NCBI GenBank assembly: GCA_034178705.1
Contig: JAXFQY010000039.1
Coordinates: 18,623-82,622, forward strand
Direction: 5' to 3'
From: Eubacteriales bacterium
Lineage (GTDB): Bacteria; Bacillota; Clostridia; Oscillospirales; CAG-272
DNA length: 64,000 nucleotides
Of this stretch, positions 47,474-56,513 are shown piece after piece. Under the pieces are notes generated by a model. That model was given only the letters and a program-made list of their open reading frames with translations, had not been told where the DNA came from and searched no databases. The stretch's first letter is position 1. Each line of letters begins with the position of its first letter. The position numbers and the translations under genes were made by a program.

Positions 47474-48325
47474 TCAGCCAAAGAATTTGTGTCCGCCGAT
47501 TGTAAATAGATACGGTCTGTTTTCTTCGATCCATGCTGCATAAACATACTCGGGCGCATAGAAGAAAAGTGCATCCGTTGAGATCGAATATCCTTCAAGG
47601 CAGATTTTTGCCGCGCGGATTGCGCTTTCCGAAGGAGTCTGATAAATCGTTGGCGCGGAGGCGGGAGAGTATGCCGGGGTGAACTGCACTCCGTATTCTT
47701 TATCAAAAATGACGCCGTATATGGTATCCGGTGCGAAATCGCAATCAATTCGGTTCAGAACGACATTTCCAACGGCAATTTGCCCGATAAACGGTTCTAC
47801 CCCTGCTTCCGCGTAGATGATGTGGGAAAGCCAGTACAGGTCATTTTCGTTGTAAAACTCTGCAGCGCTGACGAATTCTTCCCCCTCGGTTAAATTGATG
47901 CTGAAATTTTCGCCATTCCATTCGACATTCAGTGCAAGCGCCTTGCAAAGCGGTCGGCATGGAACATAGATTCTGTCTTCAATCAACCTGTTTCCCCGTC
48001 CGCTGTACAGGATGCGGTCTCTTGCCGTGATATAGTCTGCCCCTTCCTGCGCTTGAATGTCTGTCTTCCCGCGCTCAACGCTTGCGGTTCTTGCGCTGTT
48101 GTCCCAGCTGATTCTTTCGGCGCCCATGGCCTCGGTAAAGGCTCTGAGCGGCAGATAGGTTGTATCTCCGATCAGAATTCCGTCCGCGCTGTCCAATCTT
48201 GCTCCGTCCCTATAAATCGGGATGATCCTTTCGGTTCCTTCAGCGGCACTTGTGGGGACGGCGCAGCCGATTGCCGCTGCTACCCCTGCCAATATCAGCG
48301 TTATTATCTTCATTATGTTTTTCAT
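47474..48325 (-). CDS. SleB-family cell wall hydrolase with a copper-amine-oxidase-like N-terminal domain
   Basis: The ORF is trimmed to the ATG at 48325, giving the signal peptide MKNIMKIITLILAGVAAAIGCAVPTSA. It has the stalk domain IGDTTYLPLRAFTEAMGA and the Hydrolase_2 motif LSHIIYAEAGVEPFIGQIAVGNVVLNRI. Confidence 0.85.
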   Translation of the reverse strand: MKNIMKIITLILAGVAAAIGCAVPTSAAEGTERIIPIYRDGARLDSADGILIGDTTYLPLRAFTEAMGAERISWDNSARTASVERGKTDIQAQEGADYITARDRILYSGRGNRLIEDRIYVPCRPLCKALALNVEWNGENFSINLTEGEEFVSAAEFYNENDLYWLSHIIYAEAGVEPFIGQIAVGNVVLNRIDCDFAPDTIYGVIFDKEYGVQFTPAYSPASAPTIYQTPSESAIRAAKICLEGYSISTDALFFYAPEYVYAAWIEENRPYLFTIGGHKFFG

Positions 48326-48499
48326 AGTTGCTCCTTTCCTGTGTTTGAATGTGGTATTATTTTCCCGTTTCACCTCCTTTTATGCTGCCATGAACAGAAT
48401 ACCAAAAAATAATGAACCGTCTGTTGCGGTGATGTTAAGGAAATATGAACGTTGCAGTCGGTTTTCGGTATTTGCGGGGGGAAATGGTCATATTTCCAG

Positions 48500-48515
48500 T
48501 GTTTCACGTGAAACA
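48500..48515. promoter_or_regulatory. parS centromere-like site (perfect consensus)
   Basis: TGTTTCACGTGAAACA is an exact match to the Bacillota parS consensus. It lies about 145 nt upstream of parA. Confidence 0.85.
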
Positions 48516-48546
48516 GTGCGTTTTGTGTCCGGTATTGTCAAACGAA

Positions 48547-48562
48547 TGTTTCATGTGAAACA
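48547..48562. promoter_or_regulatory. Second parS-like site (one mismatch)
   Basis: TGTTTCATGTGAAACA differs from the consensus at position 8 only. It is 47 bp (start to start) from the first site. Confidence 0.7.
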
Positions 48563-48593
48563 TTCGCTTTGCGGACAAAATGGGACAAAGGCG

Positions 48594-48622
48594 TTGACAA
48601 TACGCAGGAATGGCGGTATAAT
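48594..48622 (+). promoter_or_regulatory. Consensus sigma-A promoter for parAB
   Basis: TTGACA (48594-48599), a 17-nt spacer, then TATAAT (48617-48622). An aggaga RBS precedes the parA ATG at 48661. Confidence 0.6.
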
Positions 48623-48660
48623 AAAATCAAATCGCCGGATATTCGGCAAAAGGAGACGCA

Positions 48661-49422
48661 ATGGCTGGCATCATCGCATTTGCAAACCAAAAGGGCGGCG
48701 TTGGGAAAACAACCAGCGCGGTCAACATCACCGCCTCTCTCGGCGTTCTCGGGAAAAAGGTTCTTTTGGTAGACTTGGATCCCCAGGGGAACTCCTCGAG
48801 CGGGCTTGGAATCAATAAAAAAAGCATCCGTGCCTCCTCGTACGAGGTGCTGATCGGCAGCGCTTCCGCTGAAACGGCTATTATGCAGACGCAATTTGAT
48901 TGTGTGTCGGTTATGCCTTCCAATATCAATTTGGCCGGTGCGGAATTTGATTTGTTTGAAATGGAGAAAAGGGAATATCGGCTGAGGGATGCCATTGAGC
49001 CCTTGAGAAAGGAATTTGAGTACATTCTGATTGACTGCCCGCCCTCCCTCGGCATGCTGACTGTGAATGCGTTGACTGCCGCAGACGGATTGATTATCCC
49101 GATGCAGTGTGAGTTTTATGCGCTGGAGGGGCTTGGCATGCTGATGAATACGACCTCAAAGATCAAGCAGTATTATAATCCGCGTCTTGAAATTACGGGG
49201 ATTCTGCTGACTATGTATAACGGACGTCTTGTTCTGTCCATGCAGGTGGTCCGGGAACTGAAAAAGTATTATGCGGACAAGCTCTTTTCCCAGACGATTT
49301 CCCGGAATGTCAAGTTGTCTGAAGCGCCGGGTTTTGGGCTGCCTGTCTATTACCACGACCGCTACTGTAAGGGGGCGTCTGAGTATCTTGCGGTTGCGAA
49401 GGAACTCATTACAAGGATATAA
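48661..49422 (+). CDS. parA: Chromosome partitioning ATPase ParA (Soj)
   Basis: 253 aa with the deviant Walker A ANQKGGVGKTTSAVN. It is paired with parB. Confidence 0.93.
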   Translation: MAGIIAFANQKGGVGKTTSAVNITASLGVLGKKVLLVDLDPQGNSSSGLGINKKSIRASSYEVLIGSASAETAIMQTQFDCVSVMPSNINLAGAEFDLFEMEKREYRLRDAIEPLRKEFEYILIDCPPSLGMLTVNALTAADGLIIPMQCEFYALEGLGMLMNTTSKIKQYYNPRLEITGILLTMYNGRLVLSMQVVRELKKYYADKLFSQTISRNVKLSEAPGFGLPVYYHDRYCKGASEYLAVAKELITRI

Positions 49423-49446
49423 TATATAAAGGAAGGGAATTTGCGA

Positions 49447-50322
49447 ATGGCATCGAGAAATTCCGGCCTCGGAAGAGGACTTGACAGCATTCTTTTTGAT
49501 AATTCGGCTAATTCGGCGCCCTCTTCCACGGCGATCAGCGTGTCCCGACTTGAGGCGCGCGCAGAACAGCCGCGAAAGAATTTTGATCAGCAGTCGTTGC
49601 AGGCGCTTGCGGAGTCAATTCGTACACACGGCGTGCTTCAGCCGCTGATTGTGCGGGAAAGCGGAAACGGCTTTTACCAGATTGTTGCGGGCGAACGCCG
49701 ATTCCGCGCGGCAAAGCTTGCGGGCCTGACTGAGGTTCCGGTTGTTGTTGTCACGACCGATGATCTCACAACCGCACAGCTTGCGCTTGTTGAAAACGTA
49801 CAGCGTGAAGACCTGAATGCTGCCGAAGAGGCGTTCGCGTATCGGGAGCTTTCCGAGGTCTGGCATATGACACAGGAGGAAATCGCTGCAAAAATAGGGA
49901 AGAGCCGCAGCGCGGTTGCCAACGCCATTCGTTTGACAGAGCTGCCGGGAGAGCTGATGGAGCTTCTGCGTACCGGAGCGATCTCCGCAGGACACGCCCG
50001 TGCCTTGCTGGCGGTGGAAGACAGGGAAGCGCAGCTTCGCTTGGCGGAGGCTGCCAGGGACGGCGGAATGACCGTGCGCGAACTGGAAAAAGCCGTCAAA
50101 AGAGAAACGGAAAAAGAAAAAAATGTCGCAAAAGAAAACTTCGACAGGGAACTTGTCGATTATGCCAGGGAGCTCGAGAATAAAACGCGTGAGGCCCTTG
50201 GAAGGCGTGTGAAAATCAATGCGGCAGGCCGTGAAAAGAGCATTAAAATCTATTTTGAGGACAATGATGATTTGGACGAGCTTTTGCGGCTTCTTACCGG
50301 CGGAAAACGAATCGAACTGTAA
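49447..50322 (+). CDS. parB: Chromosome partitioning protein ParB (Spo0J)
   Basis: The ATG at 49447 gives MASRNSGLGRGLDSIL; the ORF track starts at the TTG at 49441. It has the ParB box GERRFRAAKLAG, the arginine-patch region and an HTH (TQEEIAAKIGKSRSAVANAIRL). Confidence 0.93.
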   Translation: MASRNSGLGRGLDSILFDNSANSAPSSTAISVSRLEARAEQPRKNFDQQSLQALAESIRTHGVLQPLIVRESGNGFYQIVAGERRFRAAKLAGLTEVPVVVVTTDDLTTAQLALVENVQREDLNAAEEAFAYRELSEVWHMTQEEIAAKIGKSRSAVANAIRLTELPGELMELLRTGAISAGHARALLAVEDREAQLRLAEAARDGGMTVRELEKAVKRETEKEKNVAKENFDRELVDYARELENKTREALGRRVKINAAGREKSIKIYFEDNDDLDELLRLLTGGKRIEL

Positions 50323-50371
50323 TCAAAAAACCAATTTGTGTTAACAATACCAAAAATATCAAGGAGTCGTT

Positions 50372-51658
50372 ATGATTGACATTAAATTTCTGAAGGAAAA
50401 CCCGGAGCTTGTAAAGGAGAACATCCGGAAAAAGTTCCAGGATCACAAGCTGCCGCTTGTCGATGAGGTGATTGCGCTTGATGCGGAGCGGCGGGAATGC
50501 GAAACAAAAGGAAATGCCCTGCGTGCGGAGAAAAACCGTGCCTCCAAGGAAATCGGGATGTATATGGCGAAGGGCATGAAGGAGGAGGCCGAAAAGGCCA
50601 AGGCCGCCGTGACCGAGGCAACACGGGGGCTGGAAGAGCTTGAGGCGCGCACGGCAAAGGTTTCTGAGGAGATCAAGGTGCGCATGATGCGGATTCCGAA
50701 CATCATTGATCCGTCTGTGCCGGTTGGTAAGGATGACAGCGAAAACGTCGAACGGGAGCGTTTCGGGGAGCCGGTCGTGCCGCCGTTTGAGATTCCGTAT
50801 CATACCGAAATTATGGAGCGTTTCTGCGGCATTGATCTTGACAGTGCACGACGCGTCGCCGGAAACGGGTTCTATTATCTGATGGGCGACATTGCGCGTC
50901 TGCAAAGCGCGATCCTTTCTTATGCCCGCGATTTTATGATCGGCCGGGGCTTCACCTATTGCATTCCCCCCTTTATGATCCGCAGTGATGTTGTCACCGG
51001 CGTTATGAGCTTCGATGAAATGAGCGCCATGATGTATAAAATCGAAGGAGAGGATCTGTATCTCATCGGTACGAGCGAGCATTCCATGATCGGGAAGTTC
51101 ATTGATCAGGTGCTTGAGGAGAAGGACCTGCCCTATACACTGACAAGCTACAGCCCCTGCTTCCGCAAGGAGAAAGGTGCGCATGGTATTGAGGAGCGCG
51201 GCGTCTACCGGATCCATCAGTTTGAAAAGCAGGAAATGATTGTCGTTTGTAAGCCGGAGGAGAGTCCGATGTGGTTTGACCGGCTGTGGCACAATACGGT
51301 CGATTTCTTCCGGACGTTGGATATTCCGGTGCGCACGTTGGAATGCTGTTCCGGAGATCTTGCCGATCTGAAGGTGAAAAGCCTTGATGTGGAGGCATGG
51401 TCCCCGCGTCAGAAAAAGTATTTCGAGGTTGGAAGCTGCTCCAATCTCGGCGATGCACAGGCGCGCCGTCTGCGCATCCGTGTGAACGGAGAAAACGGCA
51501 AGTATTTTGCCCACACTCTCAATAACACGGTTGTGGCGCCCCCGCGTATGCTGATCGCCTTTCTGGAAAACAATCTGACCGCTGACTTTACAGTAAAGAT
51601 CCCGAAAGCACTGCAGCCCTATCTGGGCGGCATCGAAATGCTTTATCCGAAGAAATAA
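50372..51658 (+). CDS. serS: Seryl-tRNA synthetase
   Basis: 428 aa. It has the N-terminal coiled-coil arm MIDIKFLKENPELVKENIRKK and a class II core (CFRKEKGAHG, RIHQFEKQEM, GSCSNLGDAQARR). Confidence 0.95.
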   Translation: MIDIKFLKENPELVKENIRKKFQDHKLPLVDEVIALDAERRECETKGNALRAEKNRASKEIGMYMAKGMKEEAEKAKAAVTEATRGLEELEARTAKVSEEIKVRMMRIPNIIDPSVPVGKDDSENVERERFGEPVVPPFEIPYHTEIMERFCGIDLDSARRVAGNGFYYLMGDIARLQSAILSYARDFMIGRGFTYCIPPFMIRSDVVTGVMSFDEMSAMMYKIEGEDLYLIGTSEHSMIGKFIDQVLEEKDLPYTLTSYSPCFRKEKGAHGIEERGVYRIHQFEKQEMIVVCKPEESPMWFDRLWHNTVDFFRTLDIPVRTLECCSGDLADLKVKSLDVEAWSPRQKKYFEVGSCSNLGDAQARRLRIRVNGENGKYFAHTLNNTVVAPPRMLIAFLENNLTADFTVKIPKALQPYLGGIEMLYPKK

Positions 51659-51670
51659 CGGAGGGGAAAA

Positions 51671-52210
51671 ATGAGTTTTTGGGAGGCTGTTGTTTCCTAC
51701 TATTCCGATCTGCGTTTGGAAAATCTTCCGATTTCAGAACCGGAAAATCTGCTTTGGGTGCTTTTGGGGCTGTACATCGGCATGGTTTTGGCGTTGTTGG
51801 CTTCTTTCCTCGTGCGCAGCCGTCTCGGTACAATTGTGGATTCTCTTGTTGACCGGGGCGCTGTCACTCCGGAAACCGCTGTTACTCCTGCAGAGGGGGG
51901 CTTTGACCGTCCCTCGTTTTTGCGGGAGCTGCGGCAGGGGAAGCTGCTTCGCAAAACGATTTGCGCAGTCTTGCCTGAAGAACAGGAAAAAACAGCGTCG
52001 GACCCCCTGGATTCTCTGCGAACCGCGCGGTTTTATCTGCCGGCGGACAGATGTGTGACAGCACAAAAGCGTTTTTCCCGAAAGGGGAACGGGCTTGGGT
52101 CTATTTTGCTTGCTTTTGCGCTGATAACGGTTTCGGCCGTGTTGCTTTATCTGCTGCTCCCCCTTCTTTTGCAGCTGTCAGACAACGCGATTACCATGCT
52201 GCGGAGGTGA
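51671..52210 (+). CDS. Membrane protein, unknown function
   Basis: 179 aa. It has two hydrophobic helices (LLWVLLGLYIGMVLALLASFLV and ILLAFALITVSAVLLYLLLPLLL) and is tightly packed between serS and the MORN gene. Confidence 0.5.
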   Translation: MSFWEAVVSYYSDLRLENLPISEPENLLWVLLGLYIGMVLALLASFLVRSRLGTIVDSLVDRGAVTPETAVTPAEGGFDRPSFLRELRQGKLLRKTICAVLPEEQEKTASDPLDSLRTARFYLPADRCVTAQKRFSRKGNGLGSILLAFALITVSAVLLYLLLPLLLQLSDNAITMLRR

Positions 52211-52212
52211 AA

Positions 52213-53064
52213 ATGAACAACAGCAATCTTGTCACCGGCTACGGGAACTCTCCGGGCAGAACGCCGCGCCGACGTGTGAAACGGGTCTCAAAAAGAAAGA
52301 GAATTTTCGTTGGTATTGTCTGCGCCGTGCTTGTTTTTGCCTTGATTATCGGGTTGATGGCGCTTTTCGGTTGGAGGCTGCTTCGCCGTACGACAGAGGA
52401 CGGTACAACGATCCTCTTTTTCGGAATTATGCAGGACGGGAGTCCGACTTCCGGAAAAATAACTTATTCAACCGGGCTGACGGGCATTCTGGATTCGAAA
52501 ACCGGCGTGATTACCTATTCCAACGGAAGCAGTTATAAAGGGGGACTGGATGACTGTTTCCGAAAAGACGGACAGGGGATTTTGACCTTTGCTTCCGGAA
52601 ACAAATACGAGGGATCCTTTGTTCACGACGCGCTTACTGGGCAGGGAACCCTGCTGTATTCGGACGGGGCCAGCTACGTGGGTGGCTTCAAGGATGGAAA
52701 AAAAGACGGAACGGGAACGTACACCTGGGCGGACGGATCGGTTTATACCGGCGGTTTCTGTGAGGATGCCGTAAACGGGCAGGGAAAGTTTGTCTCCTCT
52801 GACGGTTGCTCCTATGAAGGGGAATATGTAAACGGAATCAAGGAGGGGCAGGGAACAGCGATCTATGCCAACGGCGACAAATACATCGGCGGCTTTTCCG
52901 GCGATATGCGAAACGGAACGGGAACCTATACCTGGGCCAACGGTGAGAACTACACCGGAGATTTTAAGGACAACAATATTACCGGCTACGGGAAATATAC
53001 CTGGCCGTCCGGACGGACCTACGAAGGGAAGTTTGAGAACGGAGTTATGGTTCGGAAAGAATAA
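52213..53064 (+). CDS. Membrane-anchored MORN-repeat protein
   Basis: The ORF is trimmed to the ATG at 52213, preceded by a ggaggtg RBS. It has the TM helix IFVGIVCAVLVFALIIGLMALF followed by about eight Y.G....G...G.G repeats (YSDGASYVGGFKDGKKDGTGTYTWADGSVYTGGF...). Confidence 0.8.
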   Translation: MNNSNLVTGYGNSPGRTPRRRVKRVSKRKRIFVGIVCAVLVFALIIGLMALFGWRLLRRTTEDGTTILFFGIMQDGSPTSGKITYSTGLTGILDSKTGVITYSNGSSYKGGLDDCFRKDGQGILTFASGNKYEGSFVHDALTGQGTLLYSDGASYVGGFKDGKKDGTGTYTWADGSVYTGGFCEDAVNGQGKFVSSDGCSYEGEYVNGIKEGQGTAIYANGDKYIGGFSGDMRNGTGTYTWANGENYTGDFKDNNITGYGKYTWPSGRTYEGKFENGVMVRKE

Positions 53065-53224
53065 TTCATATTCCCGTCACAAAGCATTGCTATAATAGCA
53101 TGATGGAAATTGCGGCTTGTGCAGATTCTGTCGGCGCCGGGGTTCTCCCCGATCTGTGAATTGCTCCGCGCGGAGGACCGCGCAGAAAAACCTTTCAGAA
53201 AGGCGCGAAATCGCGAATTGAGTT

Positions 53225-54193
53225 ATGATCAAAATTGAGCATTTGGTCAAGAGCTACGGGGCAAACCTTGCTCTTGATGACGTCAGCTTCACCGTTGACC
53301 GGGGAGAAGTTGTCGGGCTTCTTGGACCGAACGGCGCGGGAAAGTCTACCACGATGAATATTCTTACGGGGTATCTTTCTTCCAATTCCGGTACGGCGGA
53401 AATCAACGGCATAGATATTCTGGAGCATCCCCAAGAGGCGAAAAAGCTGGTTGGATATCTTCCGGAGCAGCCTCCGCTTTATTTGGAAATGACCGTTTCC
53501 GAGTATCTGAATTTTGTGTATGATCTGAAAAAATGTACATACAACCGGAAAAAGCATCTCAGAGAAATTTGTGAGGTTGTCCGTATTACCGATGTGCGTG
53601 ACCGTGTAATCCGCAATCTTTCCAAGGGATACCGTCAGCGTGTCGGTATCGCGCAGGCGCTTGTCGGCAACCCGGAGGTAATTATTTTCGACGAGCCGAC
53701 GGTCGGCGTCGACCCGAAACAGGTCATTGAGATCCGCAATCTGATCCGTACACTCGGACGGGAGCACACCGTAATCGTATCAACCCACATCCTCTCCGAG
53801 GTTCAGGCAACCTGTAGCCGGATTATTATTATCAACCGCGGAAAAATCATTGCGGACGAGCGGACTGAGGAAATTACCCGTACGCTTGAAGATGTCCGGC
53901 GATTCAAAATCAAAATTGCCGGTCCGCAGACTCAGGTGTTGGAGCTGCTCCGTTCCCGGCCGGGCATTACTTATGTGGAGCAGATCCCTGAGCGCGAGGG
54001 AGATGCTTATGCCTTCCTGTGCGAGAGTGCACCGAACACCGATATGCGCAAGAGCATTTTTTATGCTCTTGCCGAAAAGGGCTGGCCGATTATGGGGCTG
54101 GAGCCGGTCGGCATGAGTCTTGAGGATGTCTTCATCAAGCTGATCGATAAAAAGGCGGAGTCCGCGGGCAAACAGCGGATATCCCGCGCATAA
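53225..54193 (+). CDS. ABC transporter ATP-binding protein (ABC-2 / GldA-like)
   Basis: 322 aa with Walker A GPNGAGKSTT, signature LSKGYRQRVGIAQAL and Walker B IIFDEPTVGVD. Confidence 0.9.
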   Translation: MIKIEHLVKSYGANLALDDVSFTVDRGEVVGLLGPNGAGKSTTMNILTGYLSSNSGTAEINGIDILEHPQEAKKLVGYLPEQPPLYLEMTVSEYLNFVYDLKKCTYNRKKHLREICEVVRITDVRDRVIRNLSKGYRQRVGIAQALVGNPEVIIFDEPTVGVDPKQVIEIRNLIRTLGREHTVIVSTHILSEVQATCSRIIIINRGKIIADERTEEITRTLEDVRRFKIKIAGPQTQVLELLRSRPGITYVEQIPEREGDAYAFLCESAPNTDMRKSIFYALAEKGWPIMGLEPVGMSLEDVFIKLIDKKAESAGKQRISRA

Positions 54194-54205
54194 GAGGAGG
54201 AAAAA

Positions 54206-54910
54206 ATGAGCGCTATTTATAAAAGAGAGCTTCGCGCCTATTTCGTCACACCGATCGGCTATGTCTGTCTTGCGATTTTCCTTGCCGCGTCGGGCTTTCT
54301 CTTTTCCATGACAACGCTGCTGTCCCAGACAACGGACACAAGCACCTACTTCGTCTTCTCGCTTTTTCTGCTGATTATCGTCTGCTCGCTCCTGACCATG
54401 CGGCTTTTCTCGGAGGAGAAGAAGCTCCGGACCGAGCAGCTTCTGATGACGGCGCCCATATCGATTACCTCCATGGTAACGGCAAAATTTTTTGCCGCGG
54501 AAACCGTTTTTCTGGCAGGGCTTCTGCTGACCTCTCTGAACGTGATTCCGCTTTATCTTTACGCTGAGCCTTATACGGCGCAGATCGTCGGAAATTACGT
54601 TGCTCTTTTTCTCGTCGGCAGCGCGTTTATTGCTATCGGCCTTTTCATGTCCTCCCTAACGGAAAACCAGCTTGCCGCTGCCGTTGCGACAATCGGCGTG
54701 TTGCTTTTCCTTCTGATTATGAGTTTTGCAAACAGCTATATTGATCTTTACGCTTTCCGCTATGTGATTGACTGGCTGTCGGTTTATGCCCGCTATCAGA
54801 ACTTTACACAGGGCATTTTCGACTATAACGCCCTTCTGTATTACGCATCCATCTGTTTTGTGTTTGTCTATCTGACTATCCGGATTTACGAACGCAGACG
54901 TTGGGCGTGA
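54206..54910 (+). CDS. ABC-2 type permease (GldF-like)
   Basis: 234 aa with six predicted TM segments. It follows the ATPase directly. Confidence 0.8.
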   Translation: MSAIYKRELRAYFVTPIGYVCLAIFLAASGFLFSMTTLLSQTTDTSTYFVFSLFLLIIVCSLLTMRLFSEEKKLRTEQLLMTAPISITSMVTAKFFAAETVFLAGLLLTSLNVIPLYLYAEPYTAQIVGNYVALFLVGSAFIAIGLFMSSLTENQLAAAVATIGVLLFLLIMSFANSYIDLYAFRYVIDWLSVYARYQNFTQGIFDYNALLYYASICFVFVYLTIRIYERRRWA

Positions 54911-54962
54911 TCGGAACCGAACCGAATGAAACAAGCGGAAATACCGCGTGAAAGGACAAAAC

Positions 54963-56513
54963 ATGAACAGCGCAAAGCACAAAAATGCCCGCCGGTTCCG
55001 TCACGGCTCACTGGCGGTTGTCATGAGCGCATTGCTCCTTGCCGCCGTCATTCTTGTGAATGTGATCTTTACGGCACTTGCCTATAAATTCAATCTTTAT
55101 ACCGACATGACCGATACGCTGCTTTTTACCCTGTCCGACGCTTTCAAAAATGCGCTGGCGGATATCAACACACCGGTGAATATCCACTTCTGCGCAGAAC
55201 CGGATTATCTGCAGGCAAACGAGAAGACAAATTATGTGTATCAGACCGCTTTGCAGATTGCGGAAGCATTTGATTGGGTTAAGGTCGACGCGATCGACGC
55301 AAACAAAGAGCCGACTCTTTTTGCAAAATATGCTACTAACAGCGCAAGCGGCCAGGTTTCCACAACCTCGGTTATCGTGGAATCTGCGAACGGGACCAGT
55401 CAGCCGCGGATTCTCGGCGTGAACACTTTCTATGTTGCCAATGAGGACGGATCCATCTGGGCGTACAATGCGGAGGAAAAGTTTGCCGCGGCAATTCTGT
55501 CGGTTACCGCAACTGATTTGCCGATTGCCTATTTCACCACCCGCCACGGAGAAACCAAGTCGGAATATCTTGAAGAAATTGTTGAAAATGCAGGCTATGA
55601 GGTTCGGTATATCGATCTTTCCCGCGAGGAGCTTGACAGCTCTGCACGCCTGATTGTGATCAACAATCCGATCTATGATTTTCAGCCGGCAAACGAGGAG
55701 GAGGAAACCGCCTCGGAGCTTGAGAAAATTGACCGTTTCCTTGCATCGGAGTACGGCTCCCTGATGGTTTTCCTGGATCCCCTGAAGCTGAACGGCATCA
55801 CGAATCTCCGAGAATATCTCTCCGAATGGGGAATTGTTGTCAGCGATACCGTTGTGCAGGACAAGATGAACTCGATTTCTTCCAATGGCTATTCTGTTGT
55901 CGGGACTTATAACTATGAAGATGTTCTCGGTGCTTCTCTGGTAAAGGATATTGCGAACACGGATCACCCGCCGAAAACGATTTTTGAGTATGCCGCGCCG
56001 ATTACCTATTCCGATTTCTATTCTCCGGTTCTTGATTCCGAGGACGGGACCACAACCTTCCCGACCGGAAGCTACGCTTATTACGGGAACAACGCAAGCC
56101 GTGATGTTTCAGCTGTTCTCCGTTCTTCTGCCGACGCACTTGCCGTAAAGGACGGAAATGTCGTAGACAGCAAGGGAAATTACAATCTGATGGTTGTGTC
56201 CCGCGAAAGCCGGATTATCTCAAACGAAACCTATAACTCCTATGTACTCTGCACGGCAACCGCGGATTTTACCGCAGACAAGTATATCAATTCCAATGTT
56301 TACGCGAACAAAGATATTCTTTATTCTGCCTTTAAGCTGATGGGGCGGGAGTTTATTCCCGCGGATATCACCTTCAAGGTGTTGGAAAGCTATGATATTG
56401 AGGATATGACCACCGCGCAGGCTAACCGCTGGACTTTCGTCCTTGTGACCGTCCTGCCTTCCGTTTGCCTGATTGCCTGCGCCGTTGTCTGCATCAGGAG
56501 AAAATACAGATGA
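54963..56513 (+). CDS. GldG-like ABC-transporter auxiliary protein
   Basis: The ATG at 54963 is the likely start; the ORF track begins at the GTG at 54948. It has N- and C-terminal TM anchors flanking a large extracytoplasmic domain, the topology and gene order typical of the GldA/F/G-type module. The family call rests on architecture and context. Confidence 0.7.
   Translation: MNSAKHKNARRFRHGSLAVVMSALLLAAVILVNVIFTALAYKFNLYTDMTDTLLFTLSDAFKNALADINTPVNIHFCAEPDYLQANEKTNYVYQTALQIAEAFDWVKVDAIDANKEPTLFAKYATNSASGQVSTTSVIVESANGTSQPRILGVNTFYVANEDGSIWAYNAEEKFAAAILSVTATDLPIAYFTTRHGETKSEYLEEIVENAGYEVRYIDLSREELDSSARLIVINNPIYDFQPANEEEETASELEKIDRFLASEYGSLMVFLDPLKLNGITNLREYLSEWGIVVSDTVVQDKMNSISSNGYSVVGTYNYEDVLGASLVKDIANTDHPPKTIFEYAAPITYSDFYSPVLDSEDGTTTFPTGSYAYYGNNASRDVSAVLRSSADALAVKDGNVVDSKGNYNLMVVSRESRIISNETYNSYVLCTATADFTADKYINSNVYANKDILYSAFKLMGREFIPADITFKVLESYDIEDMTTAQANRWTFVLVTVLPSVCLIACAVVCIRRKYR

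Noticed and set aside
50323-50371. I looked for a T-box leader upstream of serS.
   Set aside because: The spacer after parB is only 49 bp, too short for a T-box riboswitch, and no specifier or T-box sequence is visible. serS is probably co-transcribed with parAB or has a minimal promoter.
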